A stretch of DNA of 64,000 bases from Bacteroidales bacterium (GTDB lineage Bacteria > Bacteroidota > Bacteroidia > Bacteroidales > GCA-2748055). The position numbers were made by a program, and so were the translations under genes. Positions 1 through 10,593 of this stretch are shown piece by piece. How positions within the stretch are numbered: position 1 is the stretch's first letter; every line of letters begins with the position of its first letter. The notes below the pieces were generated by a model, which was given only the letters and a program-made list of their open reading frames with translations, made no database searches and had not been told where the DNA came from. The stretch spans positions 52,957 through 116,956 of the forward strand of contig JBBQAQ010000005.1 in the NCBI GenBank assembly GCA_038316435.1, given 5' to 3'.

Positions 1-785
1 CCGGACTTTTTTTTCAGGGATGTTCCGAACTCATGAATATTGCAACACAGGTTACCAAAGAACCTACTGCAACAAGTAATCCATTAACTGGTAGTGAGGT
101 AATTGAAGGTTTAAAGACAGCTCTATTGGTGGGTACTGATACTTCAGTTTCAATAACATCCAGAATGAATGGGTTTTATAAAGATGAAGCCATCAAAATT
201 CTTCTTCCACCTGAAGCACAGAAAATTTATGCAAATAAGGATAAAGCAATTTTTAAAGCTACCGGACTAGATAAAAAGCTGGAAGATGCTGTAATTGCTC
301 TTAACCGTGCTGCCGAAGATGCCTCTAAGGAAGCAGGGCCGATTTTCAAGTCAGCTATAACTGGAATGTCATTCAGCGATGGCTGGTCCATTTTGAAAGG
401 TTCAAATCCTGCTGCAAGTGTTAAATCTTCCACATTTGATTCCACAGCAGCAACTGGTTACCTGCGCTCCACTACATATTCCCAACTAAGTGCATCCTAC
501 AGCCCAAAAGTTAACGCATCTCTTGATAAGAAATTAGTTGGAAACTATTCCCCAAATCAAATTTGGAATACATTGACATCCAGCTATAATGCTGTAGCTA
601 AAAACTCAATGGGCATGATTGAGCCTGTAAAAACAACTGATTTAGGTACTTACGTAACTGAAAAAGCCTTGGATGGACTATTCTACAAAGTTGCCATACA
701 GGAAAAACAAATCCGTAAAGACCCAATGAAATGGGCAAAAACCGCAGTTGGAAATATTCTTAAAAGAGTTTTCGGAAGTTCCTGA
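1..785 (+). CDS. DUF4197-family lipoprotein (5' truncated by window edge)
   Basis: Frame open from the edge: GLFFQGC lipobox (Cys at 21-23); GLKTALLVG, IKILLPPE, LNRAAEDA and EKQIRKDP motifs typical of DUF4197. Confidence 0.8.
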   Translation, partial: GLFFQGCSELMNIATQVTKEPTATSNPLTGSEVIEGLKTALLVGTDTSVSITSRMNGFYKDEAIKILLPPEAQKIYANKDKAIFKATGLDKKLEDAVIALNRAAEDASKEAGPIFKSAITGMSFSDGWSILKGSNPAASVKSSTFDSTAATGYLRSTTYSQLSASYSPKVNASLDKKLVGNYSPNQIWNTLTSSYNAVAKNSMGMIEPVKTTDLGTYVTEKALDGLFYKVAIQEKQIRKDPMKWAKTAVGNILKRVFGSS

Positions 786-800
786 TTTACAGGTCTTCCA

Positions 801-3602
801 CTATAGTTTCTCTTTAAGGTATTTTGAGGTATAGGAATCCGAAAAACCTGCAAGTTGCTCTGGTGTGCCTTCAAACAGAATGCTTCCACCATTTTCACCC
901 CCTTCTGGTCCGAGATCGATTACCCAATCGCAAGATTTGATCACATCCAGATTGTGCTCAATAACTACAATAGTATGCCCCTTTTTTATAAGTGCATTAA
1001 AGGCATCCAATAATTTCAGAATATCGTGAAAATGCAATCCGGTAGTAGGTTCATCAAAAATAAAAAACATATTCTCTGCGCTACCTTCCTTACTAAGAAA
1101 GAAGGCAAGTTTAACTCTCTGACTTTCCCCTCCACTTAAAGTACTTGAAGACTGACCAAGTTTTATATAACCTAAACCAACATCCTGTAGAGGTTTAAGC
1201 TTCATTACAATTCGCTTTTCTGTTGAAGTATCCTTTTGTCCGAAGAACTCAATTGATTCGTCAACAGTCATTTCAAGGATATCATGTATATTTTTTCCTC
1301 TGTATTTTACCTCAAGAATTTCGTCTTTGAAACGTTTTCCCTTGCAGCTTTCACAGAGGAGATTGACATCTGCCATAAATTGCATTTCAACCTTGATGAA
1401 TCCATCTCCCTGACATTCCTCGCAACGCCCGCCGTCTATATTAAAAGAATAATGACTTGCTTTGAAACCGTTTATTGCAGATGCAGGCTGATCGGCATAG
1501 AGTTTCCTGATTTCATCGTATGCCTTTAAATAGGTTACTGGGTTTGATCTTGAGGATTTTCCAATTGGATTCTGATCAACAAATTCTACATTTTTAATAA
1601 GGTCTAGGTCACCTTCCAGAAAATCGAATTTACCGGTCTTCTCTCCCATCCCATTAAGGCGCTTATTTAATGCAGGAAAAAGAATCCCTTTAATTAAAGA
1701 CGTTTTGCCTGATCCACTTACCCCGGTAATGGCGGTCATTATATTCAGTGGGATTTTAACATTGATGTTTTTCAAATTATTTTCTCTAGCCCCTTTAATA
1801 TGAATGTAATTATTCCATTTTCTTCGGGAATCGGGAATTTCAATTTTCCTTTTACCAGTAATATAATCTGCAGTCAGGCTACTTTCTGATTTTACAAGTG
1901 CCTTATGATCACCGGCAAATATAACTTCACCACCGTTCCGTCCGGCCCTTGGCCCGATGTCAATTACCATATCCGACGACAAAATAATATCTTCATCATG
2001 CTCAACAACCACCAGGGTATTTCCCATATCCCGTAATTCCTTTAATACCTCAATGAGGAGTTTTGTATCACGGGAATGCAAGCCGATACTTGGTTCATCG
2101 AGAATATATAGAGAACCAACGAGGGCACTGCCAAGCGAGGTTGCGAGATTAATTCTTTGAGATTCACCTCCTGAAAGTGTTGCAGATAGTCTGTTAAGTG
2201 TCAAGTAGTTTAATCCAACATGTAATAAAAAGCTAAGTCTGCTGCGGATTTCAGTGAGTAAGCGCCCGGCAATTTTTTCCTCATGCTCTGTCAGGTTAAT
2301 GGTATCGAAAAATTTACTAAGCTTATCTACAGGCATTAAAACCAGTTCATGAATAGGTTTTCCGTTAATTTTGACGTATGATGCTTCCTTTCGTAGTCTG
2401 CCACCATTGCATTCATGACACACCGTTTTCCCCCTGTACCTTGAAAGCATTACGCGGTATTGGATTTTATATTTTTTTTCTTCCAGGTATTCAAAAAAAT
2501 CACGAATCCCCTTGAAATGCTTATTTCCATTCCAAAGGAGTGCCTGTTGTTCGCTTGACAGTTTAAAAAATGGAGTGTGTATGGGGAAATCAAATTTGTC
2601 GGCAGCATAAATAAGTTTTTCGAGCCATTTGCTCATCTTTTCGCCTTTCCAGCAAACAATCGCCTCTTCATACACCGACAGACTCTTGTTTGGAATAACA
2701 AGATCTTCGTCAATGCCTATAACTTGCCCATAGCCTTCACAAACAGGGCAGGCGCCAACAGGATTATTAAAGCTGAACATATGTTCGTTTGGTATTTCAA
2801 AAAGGATTCCATCAGCTTCAAAAGAATCAGTAAACTCATGGTATTTTTTTGCTTCAGGCTTTTTTATTCTGCAAATTCCTTTTCCAATACTGAGCGCTGT
2901 TTTAACAGAATCGCCAAATCTGCTCACTGAATCTTCATCTCTGGTAACTACAATACGATCGATAATTAGGTTATTTCCTGAGGTCTGCGCGAGGAGTTCC
3001 TTATTTTGAAGTACCTCCTCGATCTGTAGTATTTCACCTTTAATCTCTATGCGGGTTATCCCTTGTCTTAGATAAAGTTCAAGCTCATACGATAAAGTTG
3101 TGCCAGCACAGCAATGGAAAGGTGCCATAATAATCAGGCGGGTATCGTTTTCAAAGGAGAGGATAAAGTCCACAACATCAGAAACAGAATGTATTTTAAC
3201 TTCACTACCGCTAACAGGGGAATATGTTATACCAATTCGTGCGTACAATAACTTCAGGTAATCATAGATTTCAGTTGATGTTCCAACGGTTGATCTTGGA
3301 TTTCGCGTATTTACCTTTTGTTCGATTGCAACAGCAGGTGGAATTCCGTGAATATAGTCAACATCAGGTTTATCGATACGCCCAAGGAACTGCCTTGCAT
3401 AGGCGGAGAGACTTTCAACATACCGTCTTTGTCCCTCTGCATATAATGTATCGAATGCAAGTGAAGACTTACCTGATCCTGATAGACCTGTAACCACAAC
3501 AAACTTATCCCTAGGGATGGATATATCAATATTTTTCAGGTTATGAACTCGCGCTCCCTTGATAAAAATCACATTTTTGTCTATTTCTCTATCTTCTGGC
3601 AT
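801..3602 (-). CDS. uvrA: Excinuclease ABC subunit A
   Basis: Two ABC modules (GLSGSGKSS, GVSGSGKTS, LSGGE x2), CxxC zinc fingers, KGARVHNLKN. ATG 3602 preferred over TTG 3635. Confidence 0.97.
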   Translation of the reverse strand: MPEDREIDKNVIFIKGARVHNLKNIDISIPRDKFVVVTGLSGSGKSSLAFDTLYAEGQRRYVESLSAYARQFLGRIDKPDVDYIHGIPPAVAIEQKVNTRNPRSTVGTSTEIYDYLKLLYARIGITYSPVSGSEVKIHSVSDVVDFILSFENDTRLIIMAPFHCCAGTTLSYELELYLRQGITRIEIKGEILQIEEVLQNKELLAQTSGNNLIIDRIVVTRDEDSVSRFGDSVKTALSIGKGICRIKKPEAKKYHEFTDSFEADGILFEIPNEHMFSFNNPVGACPVCEGYGQVIGIDEDLVIPNKSLSVYEEAIVCWKGEKMSKWLEKLIYAADKFDFPIHTPFFKLSSEQQALLWNGNKHFKGIRDFFEYLEEKKYKIQYRVMLSRYRGKTVCHECNGGRLRKEASYVKINGKPIHELVLMPVDKLSKFFDTINLTEHEEKIAGRLLTEIRSRLSFLLHVGLNYLTLNRLSATLSGGESQRINLATSLGSALVGSLYILDEPSIGLHSRDTKLLIEVLKELRDMGNTLVVVEHDEDIILSSDMVIDIGPRAGRNGGEVIFAGDHKALVKSESSLTADYITGKRKIEIPDSRRKWNNYIHIKGARENNLKNINVKIPLNIMTAITGVSGSGKTSLIKGILFPALNKRLNGMGEKTGKFDFLEGDLDLIKNVEFVDQNPIGKSSRSNPVTYLKAYDEIRKLYADQPASAINGFKASHYSFNIDGGRCEECQGDGFIKVEMQFMADVNLLCESCKGKRFKDEILEVKYRGKNIHDILEMTVDESIEFFGQKDTSTEKRIVMKLKPLQDVGLGYIKLGQSSSTLSGGESQRVKLAFFLSKEGSAENMFFIFDEPTTGLHFHDILKLLDAFNALIKKGHTIVVIEHNLDVIKSCDWVIDLGPEGGENGGSILFEGTPEQLAGFSDSYTSKYLKEKL

Positions 3603-3649
3603 AAAAGTTGTGGGGATTATATGAGCTTTTAACAATAATTAACGAATTT

Positions 3650-3657
3650 CAAAGTTA
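3650..3657 (-). promoter_or_regulatory. Bacteroidota sigma-A -7 box (TAACTTTG) for uvrA
   Basis: Exact TAnnTTTG match about 50 nt upstream of the ATG. Confidence 0.55.
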
Positions 3658-3794
3658 GTATTTTTTGCGCAAAACGTTTTTATTGTTAATTTCGCTTTCT
3701 TCCAGATTCAAAATTAAGTATTCATCTGTTAATCAATAAAAGGAGGATTGCCTATAGATTATTTCTACTTTATCAACCAAACAAGGAGGTAGTT

Positions 3795-4385
3795 GTGAAA
3801 ACAAGTAGGAAAACAGATTACGAACTGGTTGAAGAGTTCGTATCGGGCAGTCAATCTGGAATTGAGATTCTCATCAGACGCCATAAAAACAGGGTATTTA
3901 CTTATATCATGCTCATGGTAAAAAATGAGCAATTGGCCGAAGATATATTCCAGGATACATTTATTAAGGTTATTCATTCTCTAAAAGCAGGGAAGTACAA
4001 GGATAATGGCAGGTTTTTATCCTGGGTTATCCGCATTGCACATAACTTGGTGATAGACCATTTCCGTAAGGAAAAACAGATGAATCTAATATCCAATGAT
4101 GATACAGTAATTGATCTATTTAATAATAAAAAGCTTGCGGATAAAAACGTTGAAGACACTATTATTTACGATCAGATATGCAACGATATCAGGGCACTAG
4201 TAGAAAGGTTACCGGATGACCAGAAAGAAGTTATTTTACTTCGTCATTATGGTGATCTGAGTTTTAAAGAAATTGCCGATCAGACTGGTGTAAGCATAAA
4301 TACAGCTCTTGGAAGGATGAGGTATGCATTGATAAATCTCAGGAAACTTATTCAAAAGCATGATATCAATCTGATGGTTCCCTGA
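3795..4385 (+). CDS. ECF sigma-70 factor
   Basis: AEDIFQDTFIK and FLSWVIRIAHN (region 2), LSFKEIA..TGVSINTALGRMRYA (region 4). Confidence 0.93.
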   Translation: MKTSRKTDYELVEEFVSGSQSGIEILIRRHKNRVFTYIMLMVKNEQLAEDIFQDTFIKVIHSLKAGKYKDNGRFLSWVIRIAHNLVIDHFRKEKQMNLISNDDTVIDLFNNKKLADKNVEDTIIYDQICNDIRALVERLPDDQKEVILLRHYGDLSFKEIADQTGVSINTALGRMRYALINLRKLIQKHDINLMVP

Positions 4386-4460
4386 AAAATATTTTTACGA
4401 ATTCAGCAATATTATTTTTTTGGAAGCGTTTATGTTATAATTAAAACGCTAAAAAATAAT

Positions 4461-4649
4461 TTGCCTATGAATGAAAATTCTACTCTGTTATTTATTATGG
4501 ATGATTTTGAGGGAGAAGGTGAAATAATTAATATAAACGACATGCTTGATCCATTTGGAAAGTGCAGCAATGAATTGGAATACACTTTTAAAGGCATTGT
4601 TTTTACACCTGATGAGCAATTAATCTCCAACATCCTAAGAATCACCTGA
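4461..4649 (+). CDS. Small acidic protein downstream of the ECF sigma
   Basis: 62-aa ORF filling the gap, C-terminal TPDEQLISNILR helix; start uncertain (ATG 4467 possible). Confidence 0.5.
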   Translation: MPMNENSTLLFIMDDFEGEGEIININDMLDPFGKCSNELEYTFKGIVFTPDEQLISNILRIT

Positions 4650-4705
4650 ACTTAATGGTAACTCACAATCCAAGAAAACTGGTAGATACAACAATCTTCC
4701 GGTTT

Positions 4706-5422
4706 TCATTTTTCCCTGAGGGTCATAATATCGGAAATAATCTGACAAGCTACGACTCCCGCGGTTTCAGTACGCAATCTTGAATTTCCGAGACTTATTG
4801 GAATAAATCCCTCTTTAACAGCAATTTGCAACTCTTCCGCTGAAAAATCGCCTTCAGGCCCAATTAGTATGGTGAAATCAGCATTTTGAGGTTTTATTCT
4901 GATTAATTCCAGCTTTTCTTCTTCCATACAATGTGCAATTAGTCTGGTTCCTGTTTTAGCATGGGATTTTACATAATCATTGAAAGAAACAGAGTGATTA
5001 AGGACAGGATGGTAGGCTTTAAGTGATTGTTTCATGGCAGAAGTTATGACTTTTTCCAACCTATCGTCTCTAAGGGCTTTTCTTTCTGAGCGTTGGCAAA
5101 TTATAGGGCATATTTCATCGATTCCAATTTCTGTTGCCTTCTCCAGAAACCACTCAAAACGATCTATATTTTTCGTTGGTGCAATTGCTATATGAAGATG
5201 GAAATCCCTTTTACCATATTCAAACTTAGCCTGTTTAATATCAATAGTACATGCTTTATGATCAGGAACTGAGACAATTCCCTCGTAGAAGCCACCTATT
5301 CCGTCTACCATACAAACTTCATCACCAGGTTTCAATCTGAGAACTTTTATGCAATGATGGCTTTCTATTTCATCGAGAATTCCAATCTGACCCTGAATAT
5401 TTTTGGTATAGAAGATATGCAT
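4706..5422 (-). CDS. rsmE: 16S rRNA m3U1498 methyltransferase
   Basis: HCIKVLRL, EKATEIG, IGPEGDFS and LGNSRLRTETA motifs; TAATTTTG box at 5455-5462. Confidence 0.95.
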   Translation of the reverse strand: MHIFYTKNIQGQIGILDEIESHHCIKVLRLKPGDEVCMVDGIGGFYEGIVSVPDHKACTIDIKQAKFEYGKRDFHLHIAIAPTKNIDRFEWFLEKATEIGIDEICPIICQRSERKALRDDRLEKVITSAMKQSLKAYHPVLNHSVSFNDYVKSHAKTGTRLIAHCMEEEKLELIRIKPQNADFTILIGPEGDFSAEELQIAVKEGFIPISLGNSRLRTETAGVVACQIISDIMTLREK

Positions 5423-5587
5423 TGACAAATATGATTTAAGTTTTATTAACGAATCAAAATTAACTAAGAAAATGCTTATTTATAACAATTACCGTTTTTA
5501 GAAGAATTAATGTAAACAAAAATATAATAACTTCATTTGATCAGGAATAATTTGGTTTAATTTACTCATTATAAAAAAAGAAATTTT

Positions 5588-6082
5588 ATGCCCCATATTG
5601 GCCTTTTATCTGATACACATGGCTTTTTTGATCCCCGACTGAAAGTATTCTTTGAAAACTGCGTTGAAATCTGGCATGCCGGAGACATCGGAAATATTGA
5701 AACAGCGGATGAAATAGCTGCCTTTAAGCCACTACGCGCTGTTTATGGAAATATCGATGGGCATGAAGTGAGAATTGTCTACCCCGAACACCAAAGGTTT
5801 ACTTATGAAGGCATGGATATCTGGATTACACATATTGGAGGATACCCCGGAAATTACGATTCAAAGGTAAGAGGGTCGATAAGAATCAATACACCAGAAA
5901 TTTTTATTTCAGGACATTCACATATTCTCAAAGTTATGCCTGACAAAAAACTTGGACTACTCCATATAAACCCCGGATCTGCAGGCAAATCGGGTATTCA
6001 CCAGATTCGCACTGCAGTAAGGTTTATCATTGAACAAGGGAAAATTAAAGACCTTGAAGTTATTGAATTGGGGCCTCGATAG
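5588..6082 (+). CDS. YfcE/MJ0936-type metallophosphoesterase
   Basis: SDTH, HAGD, GNID, GHSH and NPGS motifs. Confidence 0.9.
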   Translation: MPHIGLLSDTHGFFDPRLKVFFENCVEIWHAGDIGNIETADEIAAFKPLRAVYGNIDGHEVRIVYPEHQRFTYEGMDIWITHIGGYPGNYDSKVRGSIRINTPEIFISGHSHILKVMPDKKLGLLHINPGSAGKSGIHQIRTAVRFIIEQGKIKDLEVIELGPR

Positions 6083-9000
6083 AATTTGCATTTCCTTCAG
6101 CCTCCTCCTTTAATTTCGCCTCTGCTTCCTCATATCGTCTTAGGAAAAGTTCAACCCTTCGATCGGGCGCAAGAGCATAAATAAATCCTGGTTCACCCGG
6201 TTTAACTTTAAGTTTCCTCTCTGAAGCCTTAAGTGTGTAAACTATATTATTGAATTCCTTATTTGAAGAAGTGACCTGCAAACTACCCGGGTTATAAGCA
6301 AAGTAGTAAAATGTGCTTTTATCAACGACGAAGTATATATCAAGAAGGTCGCCTGAACCACGCTTAGAAAACTCAATATAGGCTTCTACTTCCTTATTAA
6401 TTGCTTTATCACCAACCCGTATTACGCCAACTGGCCCATGATATCTGAAAGATCGGGTATTCTGATTCCATTTGAGTTTAACATTGGATAGTAATAGATT
6501 CTTTTTGAAACTTTCAGGAACAGCCTTGTAATTCCCATATAAACCTTGTTCTGTTTCCATTACTTCAGCGCTCTCTAAACCAATAAGATCGCGCAGTGCT
6601 AATCTATAAAACGGGTTTGTCAGATCATAGGGTTTAAGAACAGGCAAACTGTCTAATTCCTTTCCAAGAATGGTAAGTGCAAGTGGTGAAAAGTGGAAGT
6701 CAACCCCCAATAATACATTTGTTTCAAAGGAATTGCTTACCATATCCTGCACTGCTGTACCTTTAGCAATAACTTTCATTTGTCCATAATCAACACTGAA
6801 ATCAATATTTCCCTGTGAAAACTCATAACAGGAATCGGTATCAAGCCGTAGGTAATTACCGGGCAGAGATTTATCGGTTAGCTTAGCAATACTTCCAATT
6901 TCATAATGTTCGTTGTATTTATCATATCTGAGCATTCCATCAGCATGCGTCAAATAAGTATCAAAATAATCTTTTCGTCCAGAAAAGAAAGTTGAGTAAA
7001 CATGAATTGAATCTCTTGTAATCATTGAACCTGCATAAATTTTCTTCAAATTTATATCAATAGGTTCCTCAGGGACAGGAATCATGATACTGTCAGGATT
7101 AATTTCAGCTTCAAATTTCAGCCAGTTTCGCCCAGTATTGCAATCATGTTTGAGCCTTGTGGTTCCTTTAAAAATAAGATCAGGCCTTCTGGCAGCTAAT
7201 TTTACATCTCCCTGATATTCAAACTGTGGGCTCAGTAAAAAGCTATCAATAACTGTGATTGCAGCTTTACCAATTGTTTGGTAGGAAGTATCTACTTTTA
7301 TTTCAGTGAAATGAATAAGCCAGGGAATCTTATTTTCGTCAATGTAATCATAATCGCCTGAAGCCTTATAGTCACTTCGGGCTGCAATTTCCACATTAGA
7401 GTTGTAAATTTTATAATAGCGGTTTGTGAAATCGGCCATAATTTCTGCTTTTGTAAGCCTGCGTATCTTGGCGTATTTTTCTACTGTCAACTTACCTTCA
7501 TTTGGAAATATGCGGGCATCAGCAACCTGAATATAATCAACATCCTGTGCATTCAGCAACTGATTTTTATAATCAAAAATTGTCTTATCAGAAACAAAAC
7601 TTATCGAGTCCTGAGAAGCTAGAACTGAGATATATCTAGCTCCGAAAAGGCTATCTTCGTGTACCACTGAACTTATTTTTTTACTTAAGCCCATTTCTAT
7701 TTCCTTTTTCATCATGTCCCAGGTAAGAGCATCAAGCTTACTTATGTAGCGGTTTTCCTGAAACTCAACTAAAGTAAAATCCTTGTTTGAATTAATCTGG
7801 CCTTTTTTATTATTGAAATCAATATTAAGGTTTACATTATCGGTATTCATGGATGGCATTTCTTTGGTTGAGCCGACCAGTCGGAAGTCTGACGAGTCGG
7901 AAAGAAATCCTTCAGATTTATAGGTAAATAAGTCTGAACCCATGGTAGCCTCAACAAGATTCATTCTCCCATTTCCTGAAAGTCCGGATGGTTCCAGTAA
8001 TAAATTTCCATTGAGACGAACCGTATCGCTAAACATAGTAAAATCTTTGTCTTTCTTATATGCATAGAACTTGTCCTTTTTTGTATACCAGGTAATATCA
8101 TTGTTAGAAGATTTGACTTTGGGATATTCTTTACCCGCAACCTGTTTTCTTATTTGGAAATCGCGACTGATTGCCATAGCTGAATCAGGATGGAAAAGGA
8201 AATCGTCCGAAAAAGTGGTGGAAGTAATGTAATCCAACTGTCCATATCCATGCAATCCCTTTCCTGATAATTCCACATCATTATAGAAAGTAGATTTTCC
8301 ATCGTACATTGGAATACCGGTTGATGGTGTTTTATAATAAAAACCAAGCGAATAATCGCTTCTAAGGGATAAGGTTTGTTCCAGTGTTGGCAAAATCCCA
8401 CCAGATTCAAATTTCCCTTTCAGTAACATGGCATTTTTTGAGAAGTTATCCAAACTATCAATTGTAAAAGGATAAACAGCGAAATACACATCTTTTCGCT
8501 TGTAAACTCCTTTTTGTATATTCGGCTCCTCAAAATAGACATATCCATTTTCCCGACTTGTAAATATGGGGTACTGCGGGTGGTCTGTCAATCCGGATTT
8601 GTTACTTGGATCATCAATAAGTAATTCGCCGGTTATCTTTTCAATCATATTACTGATATTATTTATAATCGGTTTACCATAATTATCATATTGCCCAGTT
8701 TGCACCTGCAAACTAAGAGAATCAATGTTCTGTAGATTCAACTTAAAATTGTCGTAATCAAAAAAGAAGTTATCTCCATAATATGTAAATAATCCTGCCC
8801 TAATCGATCCGTCAAACTGAAAATTCCGGTTACGTTTCATAATAATCTGGCTTTTATCCGGAATTAAAACAACGTTTTGAGAATCGCTAAGAAATATACT
8901 TTGAATGCCATTAATTTTAAGATCAAAATTTTTAAGATCAAGATTTGCATTTTCGAGTGGTGCTGTTGTGTTTGAAGTAAAGTAAATAACATCATAATCG

Positions 9001-10565
9001 GTTTTTCCAACACTCGCATCGAGAAAGTAGTTTGTTTTTTCAGTAAGTGTAATCATATCAGAAACATCGTCAAAAAAGATAAAACCAAGCCGAGCCATTT
9101 TCATTAATTGATGACGCACCTGATAAGCGTCTACACCAAGGTAATCTGCATAGTTCGAAGCAGGGAATCTATTAAATCCAATACCTCTGCCGTATTGCCA
9201 CAATCCTACAAGCGGATGGATGTTGTCCATTCCACCAAGCTTTTCAAAAAATTCATAATTGAAAAAGTTAGAAGATTCAAAGGTAGCTTTGCCCGTTGCT
9301 GTCCCAGATGCAGGCTTAAAAAGAATCGCACCTGATTTCCTTTTCCAAAGCCACTCTTCGAAGTTCATATCAATTTTATGGTAGGTATTTTTATATGGAC
9401 TTTCTGATGTATATCTCTGCGATTTGGTAAACCTCAGTTCATCAGTACTTTCCATATAAGAAAATTGAAGGTCGGGGTGATAAATCGAATCGCTTTCAAG
9501 ATACATACTTAATTGAACACTCGCAGATTTCATGCCATTTTCTGAAATTAGTATCTGGTTAGTCTTCAGCTTCATTCTAAGTGTGTCGGCGTCATAAATA
9601 TTAAGAATTGCAGGTTCCTGTTCGCTACCTGTACCAGCAAGTTTAGAACCCTGCATCGATAATCCTCCAACGAATTTTATTCCACTGAACAAGTCAGGTA
9701 GAATATACTTGTTTTGATAAGAATAAAACTTTGGATATAACGCATTTTCAGGGTTATTAATTAGCATGACCTTCTCTTCAATGCGACCCATTAGAGGAAA
9801 GTTGAAGTACTTCTTATAAAAGAATGCTACCGTGTCGGCCTTAAATTCGGTTTTCTGAAGGGTAATTTTATAATTGGAATATTCTGCATATACATCTTTT
9901 ATATCATACCCTGCGCGCTCCCAGCTAACAACCCCTTTTTTACCTATCCATATCATGTCAACGGGGTTGAGAGTGCCTGAAGTTCCCAAAATCATAATAC
10001 TATCGCGCTTTGAAAAACAGATTAGATCGACTTTATCGAATTTAACAGATGGTTTACCGATATTAAAAACAAAAACAAAATTGTTTTGAGCAATTTTCCA
10101 TCCAGTACCAGAACTTGAATAAATTGTATTTGAAGTCAATAAATTGATTGTCAAATCCAGATATTGCGCGGTTATTTTCAAGGGGGTAGCCTTATCTTCT
10201 AAAAAGAATTTAAGTGATTGTTTCCAAGCAGTAGGATCAGCTTTATCATAATCCCCTGAGGAAAAAAGCATAATTATTTTAATCAACTGAATAAAATGCG
10301 GGCTGGGCCTACCATTTTTTTTAAGCAGAGAATTTGATATTTGGATTATCTCATTCCTTTGGTCGGCTGATATAGCGGGAGAATTCCATTTTGCAATGAA
10401 TTCATTAAGAATAAGATTATCAGCCTCATTGATATAATTATCACAAAGTTTTTGAAACTCTTCAATATAAATTACTGAATCGGAAGTAAAACTTCGAATT
10501 TGCTGATTAAAGGCAGGAAAGAAAATTGATGAGAAGGCAATTATAAGCAGGTATATTTTCTTCAT
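6060..10565 (-). CDS. Large exported beta-rich protein of unknown function (1501 aa)
   Basis: Long uninterrupted ORF with N-terminal signal peptide and amphipathic beta-strand pattern. Confidence 0.85.
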   Translation of the reverse strand: MKKIYLLIIAFSSIFFPAFNQQIRSFTSDSVIYIEEFQKLCDNYINEADNLILNEFIAKWNSPAISADQRNEIIQISNSLLKKNGRPSPHFIQLIKIIMLFSSGDYDKADPTAWKQSLKFFLEDKATPLKITAQYLDLTINLLTSNTIYSSSGTGWKIAQNNFVFVFNIGKPSVKFDKVDLICFSKRDSIMILGTSGTLNPVDMIWIGKKGVVSWERAGYDIKDVYAEYSNYKITLQKTEFKADTVAFFYKKYFNFPLMGRIEEKVMLINNPENALYPKFYSYQNKYILPDLFSGIKFVGGLSMQGSKLAGTGSEQEPAILNIYDADTLRMKLKTNQILISENGMKSASVQLSMYLESDSIYHPDLQFSYMESTDELRFTKSQRYTSESPYKNTYHKIDMNFEEWLWKRKSGAILFKPASGTATGKATFESSNFFNYEFFEKLGGMDNIHPLVGLWQYGRGIGFNRFPASNYADYLGVDAYQVRHQLMKMARLGFIFFDDVSDMITLTEKTNYFLDASVGKTDYDVIYFTSNTTAPLENANLDLKNFDLKINGIQSIFLSDSQNVVLIPDKSQIIMKRNRNFQFDGSIRAGLFTYYGDNFFFDYDNFKLNLQNIDSLSLQVQTGQYDNYGKPIINNISNMIEKITGELLIDDPSNKSGLTDHPQYPIFTSRENGYVYFEEPNIQKGVYKRKDVYFAVYPFTIDSLDNFSKNAMLLKGKFESGGILPTLEQTLSLRSDYSLGFYYKTPSTGIPMYDGKSTFYNDVELSGKGLHGYGQLDYITSTTFSDDFLFHPDSAMAISRDFQIRKQVAGKEYPKVKSSNNDITWYTKKDKFYAYKKDKDFTMFSDTVRLNGNLLLEPSGLSGNGRMNLVEATMGSDLFTYKSEGFLSDSSDFRLVGSTKEMPSMNTDNVNLNIDFNNKKGQINSNKDFTLVEFQENRYISKLDALTWDMMKKEIEMGLSKKISSVVHEDSLFGARYISVLASQDSISFVSDKTIFDYKNQLLNAQDVDYIQVADARIFPNEGKLTVEKYAKIRRLTKAEIMADFTNRYYKIYNSNVEIAARSDYKASGDYDYIDENKIPWLIHFTEIKVDTSYQTIGKAAITVIDSFLLSPQFEYQGDVKLAARRPDLIFKGTTRLKHDCNTGRNWLKFEAEINPDSIMIPVPEEPIDINLKKIYAGSMITRDSIHVYSTFFSGRKDYFDTYLTHADGMLRYDKYNEHYEIGSIAKLTDKSLPGNYLRLDTDSCYEFSQGNIDFSVDYGQMKVIAKGTAVQDMVSNSFETNVLLGVDFHFSPLALTILGKELDSLPVLKPYDLTNPFYRLALRDLIGLESAEVMETEQGLYGNYKAVPESFKKNLLLSNVKLKWNQNTRSFRYHGPVGVIRVGDKAINKEVEAYIEFSKRGSGDLLDIYFVVDKSTFYYFAYNPGSLQVTSSNKEFNNIVYTLKASERKLKVKPGEPGFIYALAPDRRVELFLRRYEEAEAKLKEEAEGNANSIEAPIQ

Positions 10566-10593
10566 AATTTCGCCGGGTTGAGGTATGAAATAA

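Noticed and set aside
6060-6082. Convergent 3' overlaps (also 27991-28011 and 33542-33545) as antisense regulation
   Set aside because: Short overlaps are common in compact genomes; no further evidence
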